The notes under the pieces were generated by a model. The model was given only the letters and a program-made list of their open reading frames with translations. It was not told the DNA's origin and searched no databases. Positions 40,325 to 52,804 of a stretch of 64,000 nucleotides of DNA are shown in pieces (positions within the stretch are counted from its first letter, which is position 1; every line of letters begins with the position of its first letter). The position numbers were made by a program, and so were the translations under genes. Source of the DNA: Eledone cirrhosa (taxonomy: Eukaryota); NCBI GenBank assembly GCA_964016885.1, contig OZ024742.1:241676001-241740000 (forward strand), written 5' to 3'.

Positions 40325-41554
40325 GTGGAAAAGAGGAAGGAACGAGGGAGCACCCTTCTCTGTGCTCCTGAGGAGAAGGGTTGCACACTTTTTTCGGGGG
40401 TGTGTGCGACCCCCCAAGGCGCCTCCTCTCTATTGAGGATTTTGTTATAAATTTTATTTTGTTATATTTTATTTTATTTTTATATTTTGTTATTGCCTCC
40501 TCCTTATTGATGACGCCTTGTTTTGTAAACTCCCCCCCATTGTACTTGTCCCACTTTTTGATGCCCTGGTGGCAAATAAAAAGAAACATATCTATCTATT
40601 AATAAAGTATAATTATCAGAAGTAATTAAACCCTGTTTATCACTTAGATAAAAAATATATAATGATAAAACAATGTTTATGATTTGAATCTTGTTCTGTC
40701 ATCTTTTCCGAGACTTTGCACGTTATAAATTTTGTAGGCATTAAAAGAGTGGTTAACCCGAAAGCTCCCTATGTGTATTTTTGCATTTCTTTAAGTTATG
40801 GTTTTAGTCTCTAAGTGAATTTTTTAGTTTAAATATTTTTCCGTTTTCATTCCGTAAAATTGTGTTCCTTAAAATTTCTAAATATTCGCTTAGAGCGATT
40901 TTCTTGATTTCCCGTTTTCATATCAACAGCGGCACATGGAATATCCGTTCTTTTTTTTTTTTTTTATTATTAGCATAGAATCCAATAGACACAGATGTCG
41001 CTGCTACATGTCTCACGTCTGCTATCTTTACAGACTTTTACCGTATTTTTAGAAGTTTCTGTTATAAATTTGGTCCTTGTGATGTGATTTTTGAGACTCT
41101 TTGGTTGGCGTTTGCTGTTGACGATTGGCTTTTTTTAAATTAGATTTTCGCTTTTGTGCTTTGGTATAGTATTGGCAGTTTTGCATCAAACGTGGAAAAT
41201 AGGTGTTAATAAATTGGATATATAATATATGATATCTTCCGCAAAGTTTTATTTAGGTGTCCCAATTTAGATATATCTAGTTCCGTTGACTTTCTTAATA
41301 CAATCATCAATTACATTCAAGGCATGTAATTATTCTTTAAGAAAACATCTAAGTTCATCTAAATGAATTTGCCGTACTCCAGGGCCAGCCTATACTGCGC
41401 ATATTCATCTTATCATGCAATATGGAATGTTCCGTTTCATGTAAGATGGGTGGCATGCATGAAAGTTCAAATATTGGTGGTGTTTGTTAAATTCTCATTT
41501 TACATAATTTCATAACAACGTCAGTAGTTTGAAATTAAGGATAAAACACAAAGC

Positions 41555-41647
41555 TAGCCTCGATGGGATTTGAACTCAGAGCGTAAAGTGCCATAACTGT
41601 ATGCTGCAAAGCATGGTGTCTAACGCTCTACCGATACTGCCAATCCA
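41555..41647 (-). mobile_element. SINE head (main family)
   Basis: GGGATTTGAACTCAG...CTCTACCGATACTGCCAATCCA. Confidence 0.75.
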
Positions 41648-41731
41648 GATACCTATATATATACACACACACTAACACATGTATATATGCATATGTGTAT
41701 ATATATATATATACATATATATATCTATATA

Positions 41732-41788
<57 letters not shown>

Positions 41789-41924
41789 ATATATATACAT
41801 ATATATATATACATATATACATATATATATATATATACATATATACATATATACATATATACATATATACATATACATACATATATATATACATATATAT
41901 ATATATATACACATATATATATAT

Positions 41925-42021
41925 AACGAAGGAAATGTGGTAAGGAACCAGATGGACCATAACGCACCAAAGTACTCAATATGAACGAGTAGGACCCCAA
42001 TACATTAGGGTCCTACTCGTT

Positions 42022-42024
<3 letters not shown>
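41925..42024. mobile_element. 'Family B' fragment ending in a hairpin
   Basis: GTGGTAAGGAACCAGATGGACCATAACGCACC...; GAACGAGTAGGACCC/GGGTCCTACTCGTTC. Confidence 0.7.
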
Positions 42025-42071
<47 letters not shown>

Positions 42072-42172
42072 TAAAAATTAGCAAGAATCGAATTTCAGCC
42101 CATGAAATAACGAGAAAACACTTTCGAATATATATATATATACATGTATATATATACATATATATATATACA

Positions 42173-42434
<262 letters not shown>

Positions 42435-42618
42435 TCGGATTCATCGCGAAAGGTCTATTTCTTACTCGCTCATATATTCATCCAGATTATACTGATAGAA
42501 TAACTATGTAGCTTGTGTTTCTTCCTATCTTCGGTTAGCTTTCCCCTGTGTTGTTTACTTGTCTCACTCGCTTTACGCGTTTTAATTGTCCTAATAACTT
42601 ATTTTAGTTATTATTGCA

Positions 42619-42695
42619 CCAACGTGAGGTATATGATTTTTAATGCAATGAAATACCAATGACCGTTGGCAAATCGCTGATGAGGGACTCATTTT
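42619..42695 (+). ncRNA. Permuted hammerhead-like motif, subfamily 2
   Basis: CCAACGT-GA-GGTAT-A-TGATTT-TTAATG-CAAT-GAA-ATACC-AAT-GA-CCGTTGG-C-AAATCG-CTGATGA-GGGACT-CATT. Confidence 0.75.
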
Positions 42696-42892
42696 ATAAC
42701 ATGTTATCGATGTGCAACCATGCAGTATTCTTCTCCCCATATTTTTCACATATATATATATATATACATATATATAAACACACACATATATATATATATG
42801 TATAGAGGGGTAGACTTTGGGTGAGTGTGCAACTGAGTTGAATGTATATGAATGCACGTTCTTGTGATTTACTCAACTTATTTGCTTATATA

Positions 42893-43073
42893 TATTATTT
42901 GTTTCTACTTTAGGCACAAGGCCATCAATCACCCAGTACATTACTGGTACTTTATTTTATCGATCCCGTAAGGATGAAAGGTTAAGTTAACCTCGGCGGG
43001 ATTTGAACTCAGACCGCAAAGGGACGTAACTATGCTGGAAAGCATGGCGTCCGACCCTCTACCGATACTGCCA
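42893..43073 (-). mobile_element. tRNA-derived SINE (main family)
   Basis: Family consensus. Confidence 0.88.
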
Positions 43074-43177
43074 TATATATATTATCTATAGAAATTATAC
43101 ATCGTGCAGGGAAACGCGTAGATAGTAAGATTTCCAGTCAACATCTTAGCCTGTGTGACAACAATACGGCCCCCCCC

Positions 43178-43252
<75 letters not shown>

Positions 43253-43254
<2 letters not shown>

Positions 43255-43437
43255 CGAGGGAAAAGTGGTAAGGAACCAGGTGGACCATAACGCACCAAAG
43301 TACTCAATACTTAGGGTAGTAGAGTGGGTAATAGGAGTAAGTAAGACCCCGACGGCTGAGCTCAAGCCGTTTCGACGGCTAATTCTTTAGCCGTCGAAAC
43401 GGCTTGAGCTCAGCCGTCGGGGTCTTACTTACTCCTA
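43253..43437. mobile_element. 'Family B' insert; 107-bp palindrome centred on hammerhead stem II
   Basis: GACGGCTAA ttc TTTAGCCGTC-GAAA-CGGCT tgagctc AGCCG-TC-GGGGTC; arms 43331-43437. Confidence 0.85.
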
Positions 43438-43461
43438 TATATATATATATATATACCTTTC

Positions 43462-43584
<123 letters not shown>

Positions 43585-43736
43585 GGGGCGTATTGTTGAA
43601 TATATATATATATATTCACAAATATATACATATCCATATGTATAAGCACTTATTTTGATCTGCTTTTATGATATATAAATGTATGCTTATAACACATATA
43701 TATAAATATATAATTATATAAATACATACATATATG

Positions 43737-43802
<66 letters not shown>

Positions 43803-44703
43803 AATATATATGAATATATATAAATATTGTAGATTTATTATCTTTCCCTTCTTTTTTTCTTTGCATTCTTTCAACCCTTTTACTTGTTTTCATTTTCTTT
43901 CCATCTTCTTTCCTTCTTTCCGTATATTTCAATGACTTGATTTAATCACATTCAGACTTATTAAGCAGATTCATTAGATGCCAACTCTTTTAACATACCT
44001 ACATATCACCATACTCTCTGTACCTGACTCTCTCTTGCTCCCCCCCTCTCTGTCTCTCTATCCTTCTCTCTCTCAGTCACAACTCACACACACCCTCTCT
44101 TTGTATATGTGTGTTTCTGTGTCAGTGTAATTTTGTCATGACTATATATGTATATGTATGTGTGTAGTATGTGTATATAATCGTATTTATATGTATGAAT
44201 ATGTATATATATATGTATACACATTCATATATATATATATATATATATATGCTTGTGTATATACCTGTGTATATGTGTCTGTGTGTATGTGTACGTGCGT
44301 ATAATACATTATTCACTCGTGTACTTCTTCCTACACTTGCACCAGAGGCGAGAATGCTCTAATGTGTTCTTTGGAAGATCCGTTAATTGCACACCGACAA
44401 TGCTCGTTAGCCTGACTCTGTCTATTTACAACTATTCCATGGATCATTTACCAATTTAACGACAATAATGCTATCGTATATATTTTACTTCCTACATATT
44501 TCACTATAGCTTTTATGTTATGTGAAACGTCATATAAACTTTGCTGTTTGAGAGCCACATGCAATGTATCCAGAGCTACGTATTGCTACACGTGAAATAG
44601 TTATTCCTTTCTAAACTTGCATCTATTTTCACATTGTTATATCTGTGAACGGCACTGTCCCTGACTGCTTCTATGTCTCACGTTCTTTCTTTCTTTCTTT
44701 TCT

Positions 44704-44739
<36 letters not shown>

Positions 44740-44742
44740 TAT

Positions 44743-44802
<60 letters not shown>

Positions 44803-44805
<3 letters not shown>

Positions 44806-44940
44806 ATTACAACAGGAGTGGTTCGACGAGCTTTGGTTTCCAGAGTCGGGCCAGATCGATATAGCTGATCAATAGCTGATCAATAGCGAAACATGCGTCA
44901 CCAATCAATAAACGCAATGAAGGCTTAACAAAGCGTCTTT
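44803..44940 (+). mobile_element. 'Family D' insert with degenerate long-stem-II hammerhead
   Basis: GGT-TCGACGA-GCT...AGC-GAAA-CATGCG-TC-ACC, AATAAA; homologous to 53223-53365 and 58820-58952(-). Confidence 0.65.
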
Positions 44941-45116
44941 GTGGATTGGCAGTATCGGTAGAGGGTCGGACGCCATGCTTTGACACATAGAGTAACGGCC
45001 CTTGCTATTCTAAGTTCAAATCCCGCCGAGGGATCCTTACGGGGTCGATAAAATATAGTACCAGTAATGCACTGGGTAATTGCTGGTCTTGTGCCAAAAG
45101 TAGAAACAATTATTAT
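44941..45116 (+). mobile_element. Main-family SINE with internal deletion
   Basis: Family consensus. Confidence 0.85.
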
Positions 45117-45204
45117 AGTGTTTAGCTCTACACCTCTTCACTGACGTGAACCTAAACATCGAGTGCTCACCTGGACCTACAGTAACTTCACGTTTCACTC
45201 CCTG

Positions 45205-45237
<33 letters not shown>

Positions 45238-45240
<3 letters not shown>

Positions 45241-45650
45241 GGAAAAATTTGAACAGGGACAAAACAGAGAGGCAGTACAACGAATGTTTATTAATTTCAC
45301 GCTCTGGAGAGTGGGGTGTTGGTGGGGGACGACGTTTCGGGCATAAATCCTTCCTCAGGTGAGAAGTGTGTGGGAACAGAGTTCAAAGGGTGTGTAGGGG
45401 AGTGGTGGAGAGACATATAGCGAAGGGAAACGGTGCGAATGAAAAAAATAAAAATAAAAATAAAAATAAAGCATGATCAAAATACAAGGAATGAAATAAA
45501 TTTAAATATAAAAGCATGATCAAAATAAACTGAAATTAAAAGGGGGGTAAAACAGGTGGTGGAAGGGTGTGGGGTGTGTAGGGGTGGTGGCGGGTGGAGT
45601 GGGGAGAGGGAGACGGGGTGTCCGAGCGGGGAGGGCTGAAGGTGGTGTGT
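45238..45650 (-). mobile_element. PLE 3' UTR/pLTR fragment with minimal hammerhead-like motif (45329-45362)
   Basis: Reverse strand CTGAGGA-AGGATTTATGCCC-GAAA-CGTCG-TC followed by AATAAA; C-rich upstream; ends in (TA)n. Confidence 0.65.
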
Positions 45651-45664
45651 GTGTGTAGGTGTAC

Positions 45665-45730
<66 letters not shown>

Positions 45731-46349
45731 TGTGAGGGGGAGGGGTCTTGGTTGAACAGACGGGAGAGAGACTAAATATGACATACATAGTACATAGACA
45801 CAAGAAAACAAGACTGATTGCGATGACAATTGCTTTACTGGTAAATCACTTGTGATATCAAAGATGTGATACCTAGCCGTCTAGAGATTTATGTGTGTTA
45901 CATATCCGCACAGTATTGTCAAATATCTCTTTTAGAGAACTGTGTATGTGTCTTTATGCACACTTGTTTATGTGGATATCTAGGAGTATGTGGTTGTGAG
46001 TGTATGGTTATGTGGATATCTAGGAGTATGTGGTTGTGAGTGTGTGGTTATGTTGCGATCTGTAACAAGCTATTGATTTACAAAAATATCTTTAGATTTT
46101 CCAATGAGGTGCAACAGCTACGGCAGACTTGCATATCTTTCAGTATTTCATGATCTAATAGATACGTTATTTCTCTAAGGCTTCAAGAAATGTTAGTATA
46201 CACTATTCCACTATTCTCTATAGAATGTGTCTGAGTGTTTTATACAGCAGACACACACCCGTACACGTATACCCCTCCACACATACACGAAAATATAAAT
46301 ATGTGTGCAGGTTCACACAAACATACATACGTTAATACACACACACGCA

Positions 46350-46433
<84 letters not shown>

Positions 46434-46552
46434 GTGTTGAGCAAACTTTAAAGTTCGCTAGCTTACTGTAAGCTACTTCTACGCAGATTTAACTATAAAA
46501 TAGTTAATCAACTTGAACATATAAATTCCTGGAGACATAAAACAATGGAAAC

Positions 46553-46616
46553 AGTCACCTGCGTGAATCGAACTCCATGCTGCCGTTTGCCTGCCTTACC
46601 ATTACACCAAGTGATT
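46553..46616 (-). tRNA. Degenerate tRNA-like sequence
   Basis: Reverse strand A-box TGGTGTAATGGTA, B-box GAGTTCGATTC, flanks AATCACT/GGTGACT; anticodon arm shortened. Confidence 0.35.
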
Positions 46617-48067
46617 TTAAGCCTTACCTTTTAGCCAGGAAATGTAAACAAAGAAACAGCCGTTTCACGAAGCATCAGGCAAGCTGCAACAATATTGGTT
46701 TAGCTATAAATTAGCCGAATCAGTTTTTAGAGGTAATTTTAGTATACAATATATTATTTTCTTATTTAAGACAGTCAAGTATAATTTAAAGGAGATTTAC
46801 TGAGAAATGGTTAGGATTCGCTTTTTAAAAGGTTTTGATATATATTTTCGACAGAGTTATATGTTGCTGTCTTTCTATTGTCTTTTTCTCATATCACATA
46901 CAAGAATTGTTCTCACTAATCTTTACTATTTCAAAGAATTAAAATATTTGCTGTATTTGAAGGCAATCATTTTCTTGAATAGGGTCCGTATTATAGAGAT
47001 TTTAATCAGAATTTATGTAGGGTGAATACTATATATGTTAAGATTATCAAAGGTTTAAAAGGAATTATAGATGTAAGACGTAACATTAACATTAACACTA
47101 GAAAATAAATAGCTAACCCAGCAATTATAAAGTCCCAGCAGGTCGTCATAATAATTACGCTGTCACGAATTTTTATTCATGGACACAGTAGTAATAATGT
47201 TAAACGAATCTCTCTTGAGCACAGTTAAGAGTGCTGAAATCTATTTTGTAAATACATTAATTTTTCTGTCCTCATTTCATAGATTGTCTCCAGATCAAAC
47301 TGGCACAGATTGAAGTTGATTCTATTTACTAATTTTAATGCTTTTATCCATTTTTATATATTTTCTTATTTTATTGTCCATTTGTACTAATACCTTTCAA
47401 ATGTTAGGAAGCTGTCCATTTTTGTTTTGTAAATAAGTCAGTGTATTTTCCCCTAATTTGGTTGTGGTGATTATCCAGTTTTTGTATGCTGACAACGTGA
47501 TGATGTATTTTCCACCGTAATGTGTACTGTCTTAATTATGATGACGTTAAAGAGAACTTGAAATGTGTATCGATGCCAAGTCGAAAACATAATGTATGAA
47601 TAGTTCGTTTGGAGAAATTCCAAGCTCAATTCCTGACAGATATGTAAAACTTAAAAATCTTCGATTCGAAAACTTTACTGGACGTCCAACGAATATTTAA
47701 TGTTACAAATATTGACTACTTAATGTCATCTTAAAGTTTATTTCAACGTTCGTTCAGATTGGGAGATTGTCTTATTTGATTAGCATTTTAAATCATTGTA
47801 TGAGTACATGAATTTAATATTTAATTAGCATACAATGAATTTGAAATTACTATTTTGATTATTGGTTTGATTATAATTAGTCTAATAATGACGATAACTT
47901 GAATATAGAAATAAGTTGTTAGTTAATATAAATAATGCAATAGTTGATGATTTTCTTTGAAATAAGAAACGTAAACTATGTGCTGAAATTAAGCTTTTCA
48001 TAGTTCAACCGCTGGGGACATGAACCCCACCCTCCCTCCAGTCTTACACTGTCAGAATACTGGGACC

Positions 48068-48115
48068 CTTCTTCTTCTTCTTCTTCTTCTTCTTCCCGAA
48101 GAGTTAGTGGGCAGA

Positions 48116-48151
<36 letters not shown>

Positions 48152-48240
48152 GGGGGGGGGGTCAGAGTCCTCAAATACACCTTTCAGCGAGTCCTGACAG
48201 AAGCAACCCTCCAATTGATCCGGCTGGATCCCCAAGTGAG
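48068..48240 (-). mobile_element. RTE-clade LINE 3' end with (GAA)n tail
   Basis: TGATCCGGCTGGATCCCCAAG.GAGA and GTCCTG..AGAAGCAAC shared with 61511-61990. Confidence 0.7.
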
Positions 48241-49309
48241 ATATTATCAATATTTTCTACCAACAATTCTATTCCCACAGAATATATTCCATAACAATGT
48301 GTGCCGTTAATCTATTAATATGCCAAATTTCATAATAAATACTAACTACAATAATTTTTATAAAATATTTAAGGTCACTACTTTTATTGAAATTGAATAA
48401 TAAAACTAATACATTTTGAAAAAAAAGGGATTCATTCATTATTATCTGACATGTTCCTTCTCAGTGTGTTGTTGAGAGCGAGATGTCGGGCGAACCGACT
48501 TGCGCAAAGGCATTTATGTGGCTCAAACACGCAGAGGCGGAGGCATTGGGCTACTCCGATGCGAATGCACTCGTCATATGATGGGTACCGAAATGAGCCA
48601 CGCAACGCTGTTGGGCTGAGAAGCGAATCGGAGGCAAGCGAGGCGGAGTTGGGTCAAGCCAGACTCGATCCGCCTGACAGAAGACCTGCATTTGATGTCG
48701 TAATGTATATAGAAACATTTGAAACGGTTAGTTGATGTATGAAACTTGTTAAAGAAACGTAAAATATTAGTTACTGATTTATTAACTTGAGCGGGTTCTA
48801 TCATCATTCTTATTTTAATTATGACATTATTCACGTTGATATCATTCAAGGTGTATTTTCTGGGGTAATCAGGAAGCCTTGTCGTTCTAGCATATGTGAC
48901 AATTTTAAAATTTAAGCATTTAAATCTAATCCGTTAATCCGTAATGTATTTCTCTTTTGGAACATTTCAAATGTGTGTGCAGCAATCACGTCACGGTTCA
49001 GGAAAATCTACAGTAATAAGTGAATTAAGCAGAACGATAAGAAAATGATTCTCCAAACGAAATGAAATTGTTTAAATTTGACAGACATCCTAATCTTAGG
49101 AACGTGAAAAAGAAAACAAACAAAAATATAAAGAAATCATAATAGTATTTTTCTAGTTGAAAAAAAGAAAAGAAAAGAAGATATATACGCACACGGGCAA
49201 GCATACGGGCAAGCACACGCACATATATGGACAGTCGAATGACTTTCGACAAATCGTAGTTAGGAAACAATGTTTCCGTTGGTCTTTCCAATTGCTAATA
49301 CTATCTATC

Positions 49310-49439
49310 GGTCGCAACTCCAGGTAGAAGGAGCAACGTGAAATAAAGTGTCTTGGTCAAGTACATAACGCATTGCCTGGTCTGGGAATTGAACTCACAA
49401 TCTCCCGAATTCTCTAACCTCTCAGCTACGCGCCTTCAC
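49310..49439 (-). mobile_element. Second SINE family
   Basis: Reverse strand GAAGGCGCGTAGCTGAGAGG...GAGTTCAATTCC...CAAGACACTTTATTTCACGTTGCTCC. Confidence 0.7.
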
Positions 49440-49486
49440 TTATATATACATATACATACCTACATACATACATATATATATATATA

Positions 49487-49704
49487 TTCAGTTAGCTTTC
49501 CCCTGTGTTGTTTACTTGTCTCACTCGCTTTTCGCGTTTCAATTGTCCTAATAACTTATTTTAGTTATTGTCGCACCAACGTGAGGTATATGATTTTTAA
49601 TGCGATGAAATACCAAATAATCGTTGCACATGGATTATATGTTATAAAATGAGTCCCTCATCAGTGATTTGCCAACGATCATTGGTATTTCATCGCATTA
49701 AAAA
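49487..49704. mobile_element. Subfamily-2 permuted-ribozyme element, internally inverted
   Basis: 49487-49616(+) matches 42531-42659; 49620-49704 is the reverse complement of ~42635-42720. Confidence 0.8.
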
Positions 49705-49880
49705 TATAAAGAAATCATAATAGTATTTTTTATTAAATGTCAAATTTTTTATTAAATGTCAAAACTAATGTATGAAGGAAATTCCTTGAACTATTAGACA
49801 AACATTTTCCTCCTATTCATAGATTTTATAAGATTTTTAATAGGAATGTAGTTAAGATCAGCTACTCTTGTTGCCCATCC

Positions 49881-50399
49881 ATGAGGTCCAAAATCACCAG
49901 TTCAAACCGTACGAGGATAAATCCAGGATGCAGTTGCAGGAAGCCGGATGAATGCCCATTGCAGGGTAAATGTAACACAAAATCTGTCGTTTATGAAGCT
50001 AAGATAACGCCAGTTATCAACAACCAGCCAGCCAGAAGTGAGCGATATGTCGGTATGACCCAGGACAGGTTTAAAACCAGATTTTACTCACATGTCGCTT
50101 CTTTTAAACACTCAGATAAACGAACATCAACGGCCCTCGCAAGTAAGGTATGGGATCTCAAGGATAGTAATATCCCGTACTCTATTGATTGGTCTATATT
50201 AGACCATTCGAGGGAGTACCAAAGGGGCACAAAGAATTGTTCTTTGTGTACCACAGAAAAGTATAGGATTTTGCTAAACTTGAGAGCCACTTCCGCTTGC
50301 CTTAACTCAAAGACTGAGATCTTCAGATGCTGTCCTCATCTGAAATCGCATCTGATCTGTAACTGGATTGACACTCCTACGATAAATCAACCGCCTTGA
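49881..50399 (+). CDS. GIY-YIG endonuclease domain of a PLE (fragment)
   Basis: [22 protein letters not shown]...[16 protein letters not shown]...CSLCTTEK...LNSKTEI..CPH. Confidence 0.88.
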   Translation: MRSKITSSNRTRINPGCSCRKPDECPLQGKCNTKSVVYEAKITPVINNQPARSERYVGMTQDRFKTRFYSHVASFKHSDKRTSTALASKVWDLKDSNIPYSIDWSILDHSREYQRGTKNCSLCTTEKYRILLNLRATSACLNSKTEIFRCCPHLKSHLICNWIDTPTINQPP

Positions 50400-50704
50400 A
50401 CTCCTTCTCTGCTCTTTACTTTTGCTTCGGTTTTTATTTTGCTGATTCTACCTTCTGTACTCTTGTATATTTAAAATTTTTTTCTCCCTTACCTCCCCTT
50501 ATATTTTTACATCCTCTTAGCCCCCCCCCCATATATTCTTTTTGTTTTGCCCTTCACTTACCTATGTGTATGTATTTTTGTGTGTATATATATATGTATG
50601 TGTATGTATGTATATATGTACGTATATGTTTGTGTATATGTATATATATATGTATATATGTATGTGTATATATATATATGTGTATGTATATATATATATA
50701 TATA

Positions 50705-50824
<120 letters not shown>

Positions 50825-50899
50825 CGTGTCTGTATGTGTGTATATAATTGTATATTTGTGTGTGTATATGTATGTATATGTGGATAAACCAGGCTTTTT

Positions 50900-50959
50900 T
50901 TCATTCTGAAGATTGAAGGAAACCCTTTTTTTGCTTTTAAGAAACCTCTGGTGAATGGA
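50900..50959 (+). ncRNA. Type I hammerhead, cleavage triplet mutated (GUG)
   Basis: TTCATT-CTGAAGA-TTGAAGG...CTTTTAA-GAAA-CC tct GG-TG-AATGGA. Confidence 0.65.
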
Positions 50960-51089
50960 TTAATTGCCTTGTATGGCTTTATTACTTTACTACTATATAT
51001 ACGTTTATGTAAGGTTCATTTGTCTTATCTAATACTGAGCTTTACACATACACACATGTATATGTGTGTGTGTATGTGTATGCATGTGT

Positions 51090-51167
<78 letters not shown>

Positions 51168-51419
51168 ATGTATATATGTGTATATGTATGTATGTGTATG
51201 TGTATGTGTATGTATGTATATGTGTGCGTGTGTATTTATTTATTTTTATGTATGTGTGGGTTTGTGTGTAGGTGTGTGTATGTGTGTGTGTTTGTATTTG
51301 ATTGTGCGTTCTTTTGATATATACGGTTTTGCATGTGTATAATTGTTTAGCTATGTATGTATATGTGTGTTTACGTATTTATATGTGTGTGTGCGTTTAT
51401 ATTTTTATATTTTTGTATG

Positions 51420-51450
<31 letters not shown>

Positions 51451-51840
51451 ATATAATTACATATACATGTGTGTGTTTATATTGTATACGTGTACGTGTT
51501 TGTGTATGTATGTGTATGTACGTGTTTATGTATTTGTATATGTATATTTATGTGTGAGAGTGTGTGTATGTGTTTACTATTTCGTACGTATGTATATGTG
51601 CTTTTGTGTGTATTACTTACCACGCGTGTCTGTCCTGTTAGCTGGGGCATGTATCGCTGTCAAAAATTTGTTAATATATATTTATATATTTTTTTCTTAT
51701 ATTTATTTGCGTGTGTGAATATGTAGCGGAGTGCATTCATGTATGTGTATGTATGTACGTTGTATGTTTGTGTGAATGTATGTATGTGTGTATATATATG
51801 TGTGTGTGTATGTGTATGCTTGTACACACACATGTGTGTG

Positions 51841-51883
<43 letters not shown>

Positions 51884-51890
<7 letters not shown>

Positions 51891-52304
51891 AAGATCAAAA
51901 GATGGTTAAAGGAGTTCCATGTATTTTATTATGCGCATTTCAAAAACAAACATCATCATGCAATAATATTTGTGTTTTCATCAGATAAAACAGGAGAACA
52001 TGATATGAAGGCTAAAAAACACTTGTGGATAGTGCTGTTTTAAATCAACATATGAAAAGTGGTTTTAGATTGATGTGTGATATTGGGAAAAAATATTTTT
52101 CCCAATATCACACATCAATCTAAAACCACTTTTCATATGTTGATTTAAAACAGCACTATCCACAAGTGTTTTTTAGCCTTCATATCATGTTCTCCTGTTT
52201 TATCTGATGAAAACACAAATATTATTGCATGATGATGTTTGTTTTTGAAATGCGCATAATAAAATACATGGAACTCCTTTAACCATCTTTTGATCTTATA
52301 TTAT
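51884..52304. repeat. Near-perfect 420-bp palindrome with a hammerhead in each arm
   Basis: Centre GGGAAAAAATATTTTTCCC ~52094; arms are reverse complements. Confidence 0.95.
52198..52264 (+). ncRNA. Type I hammerhead (mirror copy 51924-51990, -)
   Basis: TTTTAT-CTGATGA-AAACACAAATATT...GATGTTTGTTTTT-GAAA-TGCGCA-TA-ATAAAA; palindromic stem III. Confidence 0.75.
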
Positions 52305-52387
52305 GCATACTCCAGTCCTACAACCTGTAGAGTGCTTCTTATCCGATATCTGCATTGCTTTATTGTACTACAATAAAACTCACCTCC

Positions 52388-52439
<52 letters not shown>

Positions 52440-52460
52440 TGTATATATATGTGTGTGTGT

Positions 52461-52513
<53 letters not shown>

Positions 52514-52804
52514 ATGTATGAATGTATGTATGTGTATATGTGTGTATATATGTGTATGTGTGTGTAGGTGTACGCTCTTTATATATATATATATATGTAT
52601 ATGTGTATATGTATATGTGTATGCGTACATTTATATATGTGTATATATGTATGTGTGTGTAAGTATGCTTTTGTGTTTTTTTGTGTGTGTTTGCATGTGT
52701 AGTTTTATTTTATTTTTCCTTTCCTTCTCCCTTTTCCAGCCTCACTTTCATATAGATTGCATTTTTGTTTTTAGAATCCATATTCAATAAACAAACCAGG
52801 ATTT

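Larger units (their letters stand above)
35890..40592 (+). mobile_element. Second L1/Tx1-type LINE, 5' truncated in ORF1, with 16-bp TSD
   Basis: TSD TATCTATTAATAAAGT at 35874-35889 and 40593-40608; ORF2 homologous to but diverged from the first copy. Confidence 0.93.

Noticed and set aside
43082-43125. GAAACGCGTAGATA hammerhead 3' half
   Set aside because: No recognisable CUGANGA upstream; too degenerate to list as a ribozyme.
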